Origin: an uncultured Syntrophaceae bacterium
GTDB taxonomy: Bacteria > Desulfobacterota > Syntrophia > Syntrophales > UBA2185
Direction: 5' to 3'
DNA: 64,000 nt
Assembly (NCBI GenBank): GCA_964564625.1
Contig: CAZMBE010000001.1
Coordinates: 33,143 to 97,142, forward strand
Under the pieces are notes generated by a model. The model searched no databases. It saw nothing but the letters and a program-made list of their open reading frames with translations, and was not told the DNA's origin. Each line of letters opens with the position of its first letter. Positions within the stretch are counted from its first letter, which is position 1. Shown here piece after piece: positions 9,331 to 19,350 of this stretch. The translations under genes and the position numbers were made by a program.

Positions 9331-11271
9331 TTACTTTTGAAGGACACTTTCCGCTTTGTGGGGAACATACTCAGGAACAATCTCATGCAGTTTTTTCTTT
9401 ATTGCCTGTGAATCGTGACGATGCGCCGCATCGCACAAGAGCTCCAGTTCAGCGTTTAGCCATGCCTGCAACTCTGCGGAACCCTTTAACCCGTGTGAGA
9501 ATCCATTGGAGCGAAGCACCATAATCTTCTCGTGATCCGTCGGCACAATACCTTCTCCCAAAGTGATTAGCTCTTCATTCAGTTTTTCCCCGTCGCGAAG
9601 ACCCGTAAAAACAATTTTGATGTCTTTATCGGGCTCCTTGCCGGAAAGCCGGATCAGGTCTCTCGCCATGTCCACAATCTTCACAGGCGTCCCCATTCTC
9701 AAGATGAAAATCTCACCACCCTCTCCCATCGCCCCCGCTTGGATGATCATCTGAGCTGCCTCGGGTATGGTCATAAAAAAGCGATTCACCTCGGGATGCG
9801 TTACGGTAACCGGTCCCCCCTGCTCTATCTGCCGGCGGAAAAGGGGAATGACAGATCCAGAAGAACCAACGACATTGCCAAACCGCACTGCCACAAATTT
9901 TGTACCATTTCCCTGAAAGGCATGGAGGAGAAGTTCGGCCACTCGTTTGCTTGCCCCCATGACATTGGTCGGTTTCACCGCCTTATCGGTCGAAACCAAC
10001 ACAAAACGATCCACTCCGTGCTCAACGGCCAATTCCATCATTACCCGGCTTCCCTGGATATTATTGGTAACCGCCTCCCACGGGTTAATCTCCAGGATCG
10101 GCACATGTTTATAGGCTGCAGCATGGAATACCACCTCCGGATGGAATTGCTGAAAAACGGACCACATGAGCGCAACGTCCTGAACGTGCCCAAGGACACA
10201 TTTGAACTTGTGATAATAGAGCTCTTGCTGAAGCTCCATCTGAATATGAAAAAGATTGGCCTCGCTGGCATCGACTAAAATGAGGAAACGCGGCTGATAT
10301 TTCACTACCTGCCGGCACAGCTCAGACCCGATGGAACCTCCGCAGCCTGTAATGAGAATAGTTCGTCCATCTATACAGTTTCTGATGCCCGTTTCATCTA
10401 AATGCACCGGAGGCCGCCCCAGCAAATCTTCATATTTCACATCCCGCAAAGATTTGATACTTACACGACCGTCAATAATCTCACCTATGCCCGGCAATGT
10501 CTTGTAAAAGACATTACAATCCTTGCAGACATCAACAATATGACGCAGTTGTTCCCCGCTGGCCGAGGGGATGGCTATGAGGACTTCTTCAATTTCTTCT
10601 CTTTTGACGATCCCGAGTAAATCCTCAACGGAACCTATTACTGATACTCCATGAATCGATCGTCCCAATTTTTGGGGATCATCATCGATAAAACCTACCA
10701 CATCATAGTGAAGCTGATAGTTATCAAAGATCTCCCGCAATATTTTTTCACCGGCACCCCCGGCGCCAATAATAAGCACCTTCTTGCGGTGCCTTGGATG
10801 ATAAGCATAGAACAGACCTGCCTGCATACGTTCCCGCCGTGAGTAATAAAAGCGGATAACCATCCGGAGCCCCCCCGCCAGAAGAAATGTGAATCCTCCA
10901 TCAAGCACGAACACGGCCCGGGAAAATCCCATGAACCTGTACACGACAAGAATTATGGCCATGGCGAAGAGCGTCGATACGATGCACGCCTGGGAGAGCT
11001 TCCAGAAATCCCTGATACTGGTATACCGCCACATGCCCCGGTAGAGACCGAAGATAAAGAACATACCAAGCTTCAACGGGACGACCCACAAGAGCAAGGC
11101 AAATAACTGACGCGTTTCATAGGGCGTGAGATTAAATTCAAACCGGAAAAAATACGCAGCTGTAAGAGAAAGGGCAACTATAACCGCGTCGAAAAAGATC
11201 ATAATATAAAAATTTAGATTTTTTAACTGTCGATACATATTGCTAATGCCGAACCCCTTCTGCCTTGACAA
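9331..11271 (-). CDS. Membrane-anchored UDP-HexNAc 4,6-dehydratase, CapD/WbpM/PglF family
   Basis: 646 aa with about 4 N-terminal TM helices and two Rossmann motifs (LIIGAGGAGE and LITGCGGSIGSEL). It is the last gene of the polysaccharide cluster. Confidence 0.85.
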   Translation of the reverse strand: MSRQKGFGISNMYRQLKNLNFYIMIFFDAVIVALSLTAAYFFRFEFNLTPYETRQLFALLLWVVPLKLGMFFIFGLYRGMWRYTSIRDFWKLSQACIVSTLFAMAIILVVYRFMGFSRAVFVLDGGFTFLLAGGLRMVIRFYYSRRERMQAGLFYAYHPRHRKKVLIIGAGGAGEKILREIFDNYQLHYDVVGFIDDDPQKLGRSIHGVSVIGSVEDLLGIVKREEIEEVLIAIPSASGEQLRHIVDVCKDCNVFYKTLPGIGEIIDGRVSIKSLRDVKYEDLLGRPPVHLDETGIRNCIDGRTILITGCGGSIGSELCRQVVKYQPRFLILVDASEANLFHIQMELQQELYYHKFKCVLGHVQDVALMWSVFQQFHPEVVFHAAAYKHVPILEINPWEAVTNNIQGSRVMMELAVEHGVDRFVLVSTDKAVKPTNVMGASKRVAELLLHAFQGNGTKFVAVRFGNVVGSSGSVIPLFRRQIEQGGPVTVTHPEVNRFFMTIPEAAQMIIQAGAMGEGGEIFILRMGTPVKIVDMARDLIRLSGKEPDKDIKIVFTGLRDGEKLNEELITLGEGIVPTDHEKIMVLRSNGFSHGLKGSAELQAWLNAELELLCDAAHRHDSQAIKKKLHEIVPEYVPHKAESVLQK

Positions 11272-11851
11272 CTTTTACCACTGTCATATACAAGATCTTT
11301 ACGTCAAACACAAATGAACTGTTGTGAAAATAGTATTCATCATATTCGACTTTTTGCGGAATGGGCAAGTCATCCCGACCGTTGACCTGCGCCCATCCGG
11401 TGATGCCGGGAATAATTTGATGGATCCCCTTCGATGTCCTCAACTCGATCAAATCATCCTGATTGTACAACGCCGGTCTCGGGCCGACAAAACTCATATC
11501 GCCTTTCAAGATGCTCCACAGCTGTGGTAATTCATCGAGGCTGAGTCTTCGCAAATAATACCCGAAAGTCGTCAGATACGCACTGGGATTTTTCAGGAGG
11601 TGTGTCGCCACAGCGGGAGTGTCCGTACGCATGGTACGAAATTTCGGCATCCTGAATATTTCATTGTTGATGCCCACCCTGTCGGACCAGTACAAAACAG
11701 GCCCCCTGGAATTAAGCTTGACAATCAAAGCAATGATCAGCATGGGTATGCATAACACACCAGTCAGCACTACAGCCATTGCTATATCGAAAACGCGCTT
11801 GATATTCACAACTCTCCTGTTCGACGCATTTCCTGAACCGTTTCTCTCCAC
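11243..11851 (-). CDS. Undecaprenyl-phosphate sugar-1-phosphate transferase (small PglC/CapM/WbaP-C type initiating enzyme)
   Basis: A single N-terminal TM helix is present, with the bacterial sugar transferase motifs PKFRTM, DELPQ and PGITGWAQVNGR. Confidence 0.85.
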   Translation of the reverse strand: MERNGSGNASNRRVVNIKRVFDIAMAVVLTGVLCIPMLIIALIVKLNSRGPVLYWSDRVGINNEIFRMPKFRTMRTDTPAVATHLLKNPSAYLTTFGYYLRRLSLDELPQLWSILKGDMSFVGPRPALYNQDDLIELRTSKGIHQIIPGITGWAQVNGRDDLPIPQKVEYDEYYFHNSSFVFDVKILYMTVVKVVKAEGVRH

Positions 11852-12810
11852 CCTGCCGCCAGATCATAGAGCGGATCGAAACCCAGCTCATTTTGAATGC
11901 GCCGGCTGTCCACGGCGATATCTTCCGTGTATTTATCGATGGTGGCACGCACAATTGGCGGTGAAAAACCCGTGAGCCGTGCCGCATCCTCCACAATGCC
12001 GGCAGCACACCGAACCGGGCCTATCGGTAGCGATACGCGGGGGAGCTTCCTGTCAAGGGCCTGACATATGGTTGAAATGACATCATTTAAGGTGTGAAAT
12101 GTACCATCTGAAACATTGAAGACTTTGCCGGCGGCTTCCGGATGCGTTAAGGCCAATAAGGCCGCCCGGGCCACATCCTTGTCATAGACGAGGGTACGAC
12201 GGTTCTCCCCGCGACCGATGGGCAGAAAGCGGCTGCGCGCAAGGGCATGAAGAAGCCGCTGATAATTGCCCTTGATCCGGGCCCCATAGACAGCGCCCAG
12301 CCGCAACACCGACCCCAGGGGCGTCCCATCCTTCTGTTTCGCTGCAAGGACGATCCTCTCCGCATCGAGCTTGGTGTGCGCGTAAAACGAATCGGGACGG
12401 GTGGGAGATTCTTCTGTCAGGACGCTCCCGGCGGAAGTGCCATAGACGGCAATCGTACTGAAAAATACCAGGCGTTTGACACCTGCCTGTCGGGCCTCCT
12501 GGACAACAGTCGCCGTTCCTTCGACATTGATCCGCTCATATTTTCCCTGAAGTTCCGGAGGCGGGTTGACAATATGAAGAAGAGCAGCCATATGAATGAC
12601 GCCGTGCACACCCTGCATAGCCGACTGAACAGCTGTTGGATCGGTTATATCACCAATTCGTGTTTCTATCCCTTTCGGCCATACGTCATCCGGCGGCGAA
12701 TCAATAGACAACGTTCGTATCCGGAAGCCCGCCTCATGCAACGATGCCACAACATATGGCCCCACAGCGCCGGTGGCACCGGTGACAAGGATGGTGGGGG
12801 AATAGTTCAT
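11806..12810 (-). CDS. NAD-dependent epimerase/dehydratase-family reductase (CapN/WbpV/WbpK-like)
   Basis: Rossmann motif VTGATGAVGPYV and YxxxK motif (YAHTK). Its position beside CapM-like and CapD-like genes mirrors the CapD/CapN/CapM D-FucNAc (or D-QuiNAc) initiation module. Confidence 0.7.
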   Translation of the reverse strand: MNYSPTILVTGATGAVGPYVVASLHEAGFRIRTLSIDSPPDDVWPKGIETRIGDITDPTAVQSAMQGVHGVIHMAALLHIVNPPPELQGKYERINVEGTATVVQEARQAGVKRLVFFSTIAVYGTSAGSVLTEESPTRPDSFYAHTKLDAERIVLAAKQKDGTPLGSVLRLGAVYGARIKGNYQRLLHALARSRFLPIGRGENRRTLVYDKDVARAALLALTHPEAAGKVFNVSDGTFHTLNDVISTICQALDRKLPRVSLPIGPVRCAAGIVEDAARLTGFSPPIVRATIDKYTEDIAVDSRRIQNELGFDPLYDLAAGWRETVQEMRRTGEL

Positions 12811-12811
12811 G

Positions 12812-14008
12812 CTAATTCACACGATTGAAATGAGAAAGGATTTGCTTGGCGGCTTTTGACACCGAGAAGGTACTCTCCAGAAGAGCCCGGGCATTCTTCC
12901 CTAAAAGACGGCGATACTCCTCGTCCCTCACCAATCGCCTGGCATGGGCGGCAAACAGGTCATCATCCCCATTCATGCACACCAACCCAGCCTGCCGGCC
13001 TTCCAGAATTTCTTTCAAATCATTGCCGGGATTAATGCTCGCCAGAATGGGTATTGAATGATACATGTAGCCAAGCATCTTACCTGGAAAATTCTGAGTT
13101 TTCAGACCACGATCGAGGGAGATTAAACCGACATCAAATTCGGAAAGCATGGACAAGTATTCTCTCTGTCCCACGGCGTCGTGTATGGCTATATTCATCA
13201 AACCCTTTGATGCAATGGCCGCCCTTAATCGCGGCACTTCACTTCCATCGCCAACCAAGAGAAAAAAAGCGGATTGCTCGTTACGAAGTGTGTCTGCAAG
13301 ACGAATAATATTATCCATGTCCTGGGCCACACCTATATTGCCACCGTAAAGAAAGACGACTTTTCCCTGTAATCCCAATCGTTTTCGATGCAAACCTTGC
13401 TGAATATTTTCTTCCCGCAACGAAGCCCAGTTATAAAACACCTCTAAATGATATTGTTTATCGAGACCATTTTCTTTGAAATAGTGCAGGTTCGCTGGCG
13501 ACTGAACTCCGATAATGTCTGCGGCTTCATAGTTTTGTCGTTCTTTAAATTTGAAATAATTATAAATTATACCTCGTGTCAAAAGACCGGCGTCCATTGC
13601 CCATTGCGGGAAAATATCTCTGAGAATCAAATACGATGGGCAAGAAAAAAGTTTCTTCAACCTTTTAACGACTGTCCCAAAGAAAATAGTGGGTGAATAG
13701 TAAATTATTAAATCACAGGGATTATGTTCAAAGAAACTTCTCCCTTTCTTCCAAATTATTTCTGAAAGTCTGGCTTCGTTGATACCTCTTATAATCCTGG
13801 ATGCTGTCTTTATTTTACCAGTGCGGACCCTCAAAACTTTGACACTGTTTTCACAGGATATTTCAGTATCTGTAAGAATATTTTCGTCAGGGGCGACAAC
13901 CACAGGTTCATGACCGAGGTGATGGAATTCTACAGCAAGATCATGAATAAGCTTGGCGCTTGCAATGGTACTGGGCAGATAATAAACGACAAGGAGCAAT
14001 ATACGCAT
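12812..14008 (-). CDS. Glycosyltransferase family 4, WbuB/WcaI-like (6-deoxy-L-HexNAc transferase candidate)
   Basis: GT-B fold with the N-terminus MRILLLVVYYLP. It lies immediately downstream of the FnlA/reductase/FnlC set, as WbuB typically does. Confidence 0.75.
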   Translation of the reverse strand: MRILLLVVYYLPSTIASAKLIHDLAVEFHHLGHEPVVVAPDENILTDTEISCENSVKVLRVRTGKIKTASRIIRGINEARLSEIIWKKGRSFFEHNPCDLIIYYSPTIFFGTVVKRLKKLFSCPSYLILRDIFPQWAMDAGLLTRGIIYNYFKFKERQNYEAADIIGVQSPANLHYFKENGLDKQYHLEVFYNWASLREENIQQGLHRKRLGLQGKVVFLYGGNIGVAQDMDNIIRLADTLRNEQSAFFLLVGDGSEVPRLRAAIASKGLMNIAIHDAVGQREYLSMLSEFDVGLISLDRGLKTQNFPGKMLGYMYHSIPILASINPGNDLKEILEGRQAGLVCMNGDDDLFAAHARRLVRDEEYRRLLGKNARALLESTFSVSKAAKQILSHFNRVN

Positions 14009-14058
14009 GTTTGTACTTGATATGAAATTGAATTAATATAGAACTATATGGTGGTTGG

Positions 14059-15186
14059 CTACTTATACCAAACCGTCCGATTTACATAATCGGTATAGCT
14101 CATGATGATACGTAAAACTTTCTGAGAAACATTGTTTGTATCGTAGTCAGATACTATTTTGAACGGCCTGGGTATATCGGCGTAGTGGGCAGTTACAATA
14201 TCAATCGAATTGAGGATCCTTTCCGACGTAAGACCGCACATGATCAGGGTTCCTTCATCCATTCCTTCCGGTCTTTCATGCATCAGGCGTATTGTCACGG
14301 CAGGGAAGCTCAAAATGGAAGATTCTTCAGTAATGGTACCGCTGTCGGAAATAACGCAATGGGCATGCATCTGCAATTTCACATAATCTAGAAAACCAAG
14401 GGGTTTTAAAAAGCGAATTCGATGATCCAATTCGTTCAAGCCAAGATTTTCCATGCGATTTCTGGTTCGTGGATGGGTAGATACGATTATAGGTAAATTG
14501 TATTTCTCTGCTAAGACCTTCATAGAATCGATAATATTAGAAAAATTGACATCGCTGTCTATATTCTCTTCCCTATGAGCACTGACCACAAAGTAACGCC
14601 CCGGTTCCAGTTGTAAACGATTCAATATATCCGACGCATCAATCTTTTGTCTGTAATAGGTAATGACCTCTTTCATTGGAGAACCGGTTTTGATGATCGT
14701 TTCCGGCCTCAAACCTTCCGCGAGGAGGTAGCGTCGCGCATGCTCTGTATAAGTCAGATTTATATCACTGATATGGTCGATTATTTTACGATTGATTTCT
14801 TCCGGTACCCGCTGATCAAAACAGCGATTACCGGCTTCCATGTGAAAGATGGGAATTTTACGCCGCTTGGCGGCGATGGCGGCGAGGCAACTGTTTGTAT
14901 CGCCCAGCAAAAGAAATGCGTCCGGACATGCTTTTACCAATACATCATCCATTAGGGAAATGACGTTGCCGATGGTATGAGCTGGGTTTTCGCCTACGGC
15001 ATTCAGGAAATAATCAGGCTTCCTAATGGACAACTGCTGGAAAAAAATCTCGTTCAGCTCATAATCGTAATTTTGACCTGAATGTACAAAAGTGTGCTCC
15101 GTATGCATATCGAGCTGATGAATTACTCTGCTTAATTTAATTATTTCTGGTCGGGTTCCAACAATTGTTAGTACTTTGAGGGCCAT
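14059..15186 (-). CDS. UDP-HexNAc 2-epimerase, non-hydrolysing (FnlC/CapG/WbvD type)
   Basis: The N-terminus is KVLTIVGTRPEIIKL. The motifs HMEAGNR and SDSG are present. The C-terminal extension ...VSQKVLRIIMSYTDYVNRTVW is typical of the CapG/FnlC subgroup. Confidence 0.85.
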   Translation of the reverse strand: MALKVLTIVGTRPEIIKLSRVIHQLDMHTEHTFVHSGQNYDYELNEIFFQQLSIRKPDYFLNAVGENPAHTIGNVISLMDDVLVKACPDAFLLLGDTNSCLAAIAAKRRKIPIFHMEAGNRCFDQRVPEEINRKIIDHISDINLTYTEHARRYLLAEGLRPETIIKTGSPMKEVITYYRQKIDASDILNRLQLEPGRYFVVSAHREENIDSDVNFSNIIDSMKVLAEKYNLPIIVSTHPRTRNRMENLGLNELDHRIRFLKPLGFLDYVKLQMHAHCVISDSGTITEESSILSFPAVTIRLMHERPEGMDEGTLIMCGLTSERILNSIDIVTAHYADIPRPFKIVSDYDTNNVSQKVLRIIMSYTDYVNRTVWYK

Positions 15187-15214
15187 AATCAGTCAACTTT
15201 CTTTTTTCAAAAGT

Positions 15215-16114
15215 TCATGCAATGTAAAAACTACGGTGAGCCAGGAAATCGTTGTGCATCATTTCAATCATTGTATCCCATGCAGGTGGTTGATAACCTG
15301 TCATTTCACGAAAAATGGTGGAATCCAGGGAGCGGTCCTGCACAAAGTCATCGTAAGGTTCGATCTCAATATCCTTGCCATACCGTTCCGCGACCAAACG
15401 GAGCAGATCATATTTGGAGACCGGTTCTGATGAAACGTGATAGATACCGCTTAATTCATGATTTGGCAAAACATGTACGCGAATAATCCTAGCAAGTTCT
15501 ATCGTAGGAAAGCCTGAGTATATGGCTTTGCGGAAACCGTGTATCTTTTTATTCTGGGCAAGAAACCATTCAATTAGCCCGTATCTACCTTTTAGTTCAT
15601 GTCCGATGATGGATGTCCTCAGGGTCACACAGTGGGGATAGGCGACCTCTCCAAGAAATTTCGTCCTGCCATAAATATCCTCGGCATTGGATTGATCATT
15701 TTCTGCATACATGCCCTTTTTCCCGTCAAAAACACAATCCGTGCTGATATGGATGAGACGAGCTCCGACAGTTTGGCTGATAAGAGAAATGCGATGTGGA
15801 AGTAGCGCGTTAACAGTAATCGCAGTAAGTGGATCTTCAGCAAGAGGGAGTTGTTTAATAATGCCAATGCAGTTGATCACAATATCCGGCTGGATAGACG
15901 CTAATGCACGAATAATGCTTTCTAAATAATTAGCATCAACACTATTTGGTAGAAATCGGACAAGCATATCTGCCGGAAAGTGCTTTTTCATACCCGTCAG
16001 GCTTCGCGCAGTGGTTGTCACATTATATTCCGGAAATGCGGAAAGATACCGTAAAAGTAAGTGACCTAACATGCCAGTGCCGCCGAGAATCAAAATCTTT
16101 TGCTGTCTACTCAT
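15215..16114 (-). CDS. RmlD-like SDR 4-reductase (single-domain; WbvR/FnlB-function candidate)
   Basis: 299 aa with Rossmann motif ILILGGTGMLG and YxxxK motif (YGRTK). No extra C-terminal domain is present. It sits between the FnlA-type and FnlC-type genes. Confidence 0.7.
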   Translation of the reverse strand: MSRQQKILILGGTGMLGHLLLRYLSAFPEYNVTTTARSLTGMKKHFPADMLVRFLPNSVDANYLESIIRALASIQPDIVINCIGIIKQLPLAEDPLTAITVNALLPHRISLISQTVGARLIHISTDCVFDGKKGMYAENDQSNAEDIYGRTKFLGEVAYPHCVTLRTSIIGHELKGRYGLIEWFLAQNKKIHGFRKAIYSGFPTIELARIIRVHVLPNHELSGIYHVSSEPVSKYDLLRLVAERYGKDIEIEPYDDFVQDRSLDSTIFREMTGYQPPAWDTMIEMMHNDFLAHRSFYIA

Positions 16115-16142
16115 ATAGCAGTCATCCTGAAAAAAACGTCCG

Positions 16143-17129
16143 TCAAATTTCCTTTTTCGTGACTTCAGATGCAGCCCACGCCATGTATTCCTGTAAGCCT
16201 TCCTCCATCAATATGGAAGGTTTAAAACCAAAGGAATGACGTGCCTCAGATATATCCGCCAAGCTGTGCCGCACATCTCCGGACCGCGGTGGTCCGTACA
16301 CCACTTGCGGTTCAATTCCCGAAACCACCCACAACAGTTGCACAAGCTTGTTAATCGTAATCCTGCCACCACTGCCGATATTGAATGCGCCAGACAAACC
16401 ATTCGCCATTGCAGCCTTAATATTGGCCTGAACCACATCTTTAACATTGATGAAATCACGGGTTTGCTCGCCGTCGCCGAAAATGGTCAGTTTTTCGCCA
16501 CGAAGCATCTGGAAGGCGAAAATCGGTATTACATTGCCGTAAGCATCGAACCGTTGATTAGGGCCGTAGACATTGAAATAACGTAGGCAGACTGCTTCTA
16601 AATCATAGAGTTTTGAATACGTTAGGCATTCCTTTTCCATACAAAGCTTCGAGCTACCATAAGGTGTATCTGGATCAACTGGATGATCTTCTTTAATGGG
16701 AATTGTTTTCAGTTCACCAAAAATCCCCGCTGATGAGGACGCTACAATCTTTCTGACACCTGCATGGCGCGCAGCTTCTAAAACTTTTAGCGTGCCCATG
16801 ACATTGATGTCGGCGTCAATAATAGGGTGATCTATAGAACGCTTGTTGCCCACAGAAGCCGCCAGATGAAACACCACTTCAACGCCCTTGATCGATTCAG
16901 CAACAATGACTTCATCGCGGATGTCTCCTTCAATAAAACGAATTTGCGGGAACGGATTAAGGTTTGAACGATAACCGGACAGGAGGTTATCGAGCACTGT
17001 TACCTCATGGCCGTCATCAACAAGTTGCCGAACTAAATTTGAGCCAATAAAACCAGCGCCGCCGGTTACGAGAAACTTCAATGGGAAGCCTTTCTTAGAG
17101 AAGTTTATTCTGGTGTCATTATTGCGCAA
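16143..17129 (-). CDS. NAD-dependent sugar-nucleotide epimerase/dehydratase (extended SDR)
   Basis: Rossmann motif VTGGAGFIGSNL and YxxxK motif (YGSSK). The tracked start at 17129 is a TTG. The alternative TTG at 17091 (LKFLVTGG) is equally plausible. Confidence 0.75.
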   Translation of the reverse strand: MRNNDTRINFSKKGFPLKFLVTGGAGFIGSNLVRQLVDDGHEVTVLDNLLSGYRSNLNPFPQIRFIEGDIRDEVIVAESIKGVEVVFHLAASVGNKRSIDHPIIDADINVMGTLKVLEAARHAGVRKIVASSSAGIFGELKTIPIKEDHPVDPDTPYGSSKLCMEKECLTYSKLYDLEAVCLRYFNVYGPNQRFDAYGNVIPIFAFQMLRGEKLTIFGDGEQTRDFINVKDVVQANIKAAMANGLSGAFNIGSGGRITINKLVQLLWVVSGIEPQVVYGPPRSGDVRHSLADISEARHSFGFKPSILMEEGLQEYMAWAASEVTKKEI

Positions 17130-17173
17130 ACGGGAGTCGGGAATTTTAAACTACTTATAGAATTCCACTTTCA

Positions 17174-18199
17174 CTATAAAACAATACTGCCCATTTCCAA
17201 AGATTCCTTTACCAAGTCGAGTTTCAACAGCAAATCAATCAGGCCATTCTCATCCAATTGCTGTGCATTGTGAGAATGGTAATCCTCATGGTCTGAAACT
17301 CCCGTTTCACCCTCAGTAAAATAGCAAGCGTAGTTGAGATCGCGGATGTCTGCAGGTATCCGGTAATAATCGCCCATATCTTCCGCACGGGACATTTCTT
17401 CCCGTGTCAGCAGCGTTTCATAAAGTTTTTCGCCATGACGTGTGCCAATGATGCGGATATCGTTGTCAGCGTTGAACAGTTTCTTCAACGTGCGGGCCAG
17501 TGTTTCAATGGTCGCTGCAGGCGCCTTCTGAACAAAAACATCACCCGGATGTCCGTTCTCAAATGCATACACAACAAGATTTACCGCGTCATTAATGGAC
17601 ATCATGAACCGGGTCATGTTCGGATCTGTAATTGTCAGTGGCTTCCCCGTCATAATCTGGCTGATAAAAAGAGGAATAACGGATCCCCTGGAGCCCATGA
17701 CGTTGCCATAGCGGGTGCCGCAAAAGATGGTCCCTGAATCACCGTGGGTCCGCGCTTTGGCGATCATCAGCTTCTCCATTAGCGCCTTAGACATCCCCAT
17801 GGCATTGATGGGATATACAGCCTTATCAGTGCTGAGCGTGATCATGTTCTTGATGTTGCAAGCTAATGCCGCTTTCATTGCGTTATCCGCGCCGATGGCG
17901 TTCGTCCGGATGGCCTCCAGGGGGAAGAATTCGCAGGACGGCACCTGCTTGAGTGCTGCTGCATGAAATACCATGTCCGCGCCCTGCATGGCAGGAAGAA
18001 GACTATCATAATCCCGGACATTCCCCAAATAAAACTTCACTTTCGGATTCCTCAGGGCATTGCGCATATCGTCCTGTTTTTTCTCGTCGCGCGAAAAAAT
18101 ACGGATTTCTTTGATATCAGTATCCAGAAAGCGGTTCAATACAGCATTTCCAAAGGTGCCCGTACCGCCAGTGATTAGCAGGACTCTGTCTTTAAACAT
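17174..18199 (-). CDS. UDP-GlcNAc 4,6-dehydratase/5-(3-)epimerase, FnlA/CapE/WbvB type
   Basis: The N-terminus is MFKDRVLLITGGTGTFGNAV...IRIFSRDEKKQ. The atypical MxxxK (MGMSK) replaces YxxxK, as in the CapE/FnlA subgroup. Confidence 0.85.
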   Translation of the reverse strand: MFKDRVLLITGGTGTFGNAVLNRFLDTDIKEIRIFSRDEKKQDDMRNALRNPKVKFYLGNVRDYDSLLPAMQGADMVFHAAALKQVPSCEFFPLEAIRTNAIGADNAMKAALACNIKNMITLSTDKAVYPINAMGMSKALMEKLMIAKARTHGDSGTIFCGTRYGNVMGSRGSVIPLFISQIMTGKPLTITDPNMTRFMMSINDAVNLVVYAFENGHPGDVFVQKAPAATIETLARTLKKLFNADNDIRIIGTRHGEKLYETLLTREEMSRAEDMGDYYRIPADIRDLNYACYFTEGETGVSDHEDYHSHNAQQLDENGLIDLLLKLDLVKESLEMGSIVL

Positions 18200-18564
18200 G
18201 ATTAAACCTCACTATTATAAAATCTTCATCTTTTTAATGTTCGATTCGCTGATGTTTGTGTGATGACGGTTAAAACAACTACAAGTTATGGATTACTATC
18301 GAAAGTAAACATCGTAACATATGTTATGTCGGACCCTGAATCGCGTTCAAGGCAGGCGCTGATAATCCTGCTTCGCATCCTTCCTCCGTGAGGACAGGCT
18401 TGATAAGGGTCACTGAGTCTTCTCAATAGAACCCGGCCCCTGCCCCGGACACCGATCTCGGATTTGCCAGGGTAATAATTCATATGTTCGTAGCGGCTTC
18501 TTGTTGCATTTGGTTAAAATGTACCAGCAAATTTAATATCAGCGGCGATACATAGATAAATTAG

Positions 18565-19347
18565 TTAAGATGTGCGGTAATTCTCATCAATGAGTGCGTC
18601 TTTTTCTCTTCTGTTTGGATAATTTATAAGTACGGCCCTGTAAATGCCTTTGAATACAAATAAGCTACCGGCGGCAGCACCAATAATCCCATACTGACTA
18701 ATTAATTGTCCAATATCCTTAAGCGACCCAGCGCCACCAAGTACAGTCATCGGAATGGTTATCTTTTTTCGGATTTTCTCAACTATCGAAAGATCATAAC
18801 CTTCCATAATACCGTCATTATCTATGGAATTAACTATTACCTCACCAACACCGAACTTTTCCAGTTGTATCGCAAACTTTATTGGACATTTTCCTGTTTT
18901 CTTTTTCCCATTATGTGTCCAGACCTCATAATTTCCATCTATTATTTTTTTCTTAATATCAATAACCACACATACACTCTGACTGCCAATTTGTTCTGCT
19001 ATTTCTGAAACCAGATTAGGGCTTTCTACCGCAGCAGAACTTATTGCCACTTTCTCAACGCCCAACCCAATTATTCTTTGTGCCTGTCTAACAGTCTTTA
19101 CACCACCACCGTAGCAGAGGGGCATTCGACATTCAGCAGCTAAATTTTCAATCATTCTAAAGTCCGGTTCTACGTTATGAGAAGTAGCATCAATGTCAAG
19201 GACCATCAATTCGTCAACTTCCTTTTCATTAAAGATCCGCACTGCATTAATAGGATCACCAATATATTTTGGTGCTCTAAAATTGACAGTCTTTATTAGT
19301 CCCTTGTTATGAACTAACAAACAAGGTATTATCCGTGGACGTAGCAT
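18565..19347 (-). CDS. HisF-like imidazole-glycerol-phosphate-synthase cyclase subunit paralog (WbuZ type)
   Basis: TIM-barrel HisF signature (RIIPCLLV..., DELMVLDI, GGG). It sits in a polysaccharide cluster beside HisH-like and WbuX-like genes, not in a his operon. Confidence 0.85.
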   Translation of the reverse strand: MLRPRIIPCLLVHNKGLIKTVNFRAPKYIGDPINAVRIFNEKEVDELMVLDIDATSHNVEPDFRMIENLAAECRMPLCYGGGVKTVRQAQRIIGLGVEKVAISSAAVESPNLVSEIAEQIGSQSVCVVIDIKKKIIDGNYEVWTHNGKKKTGKCPIKFAIQLEKFGVGEVIVNSIDNDGIMEGYDLSIVEKIRKKITIPMTVLGGAGSLKDIGQLISQYGIIGAAAGSLFVFKGIYRAVLINYPNRREKDALIDENYRTS

Positions 19348-19350
19348 TGA

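Noticed and set aside
9739-10278. 179-aa plus-strand ORF, and similar long antisense ORFs at 513-1088, 1886-2329, 3030-3440, 12247-12828, 15946-16586, 29243-29653, 33938-34345, 35840-36190 and 44682-45251.
   Set aside because: All lie fully antisense to ORFs with clear family motifs. Their composition is low-complexity and Arg/Gly/Pro- or Ser-rich, typical of shadow frames in GC-richer stretches. No recognisable domains.
18286-18483. A 65-aa ORF, and a faint resemblance of ggaggaaggatgcgaagcagg to the SRP-RNA domain IV motif.
   Set aside because: The ORF is Arg/Gly-rich with no start context. The SRP-like string lacks the GNRA tetraloop and the symmetric-loop pairing when folded by hand. It is kept only as an unexplained GC-rich island.
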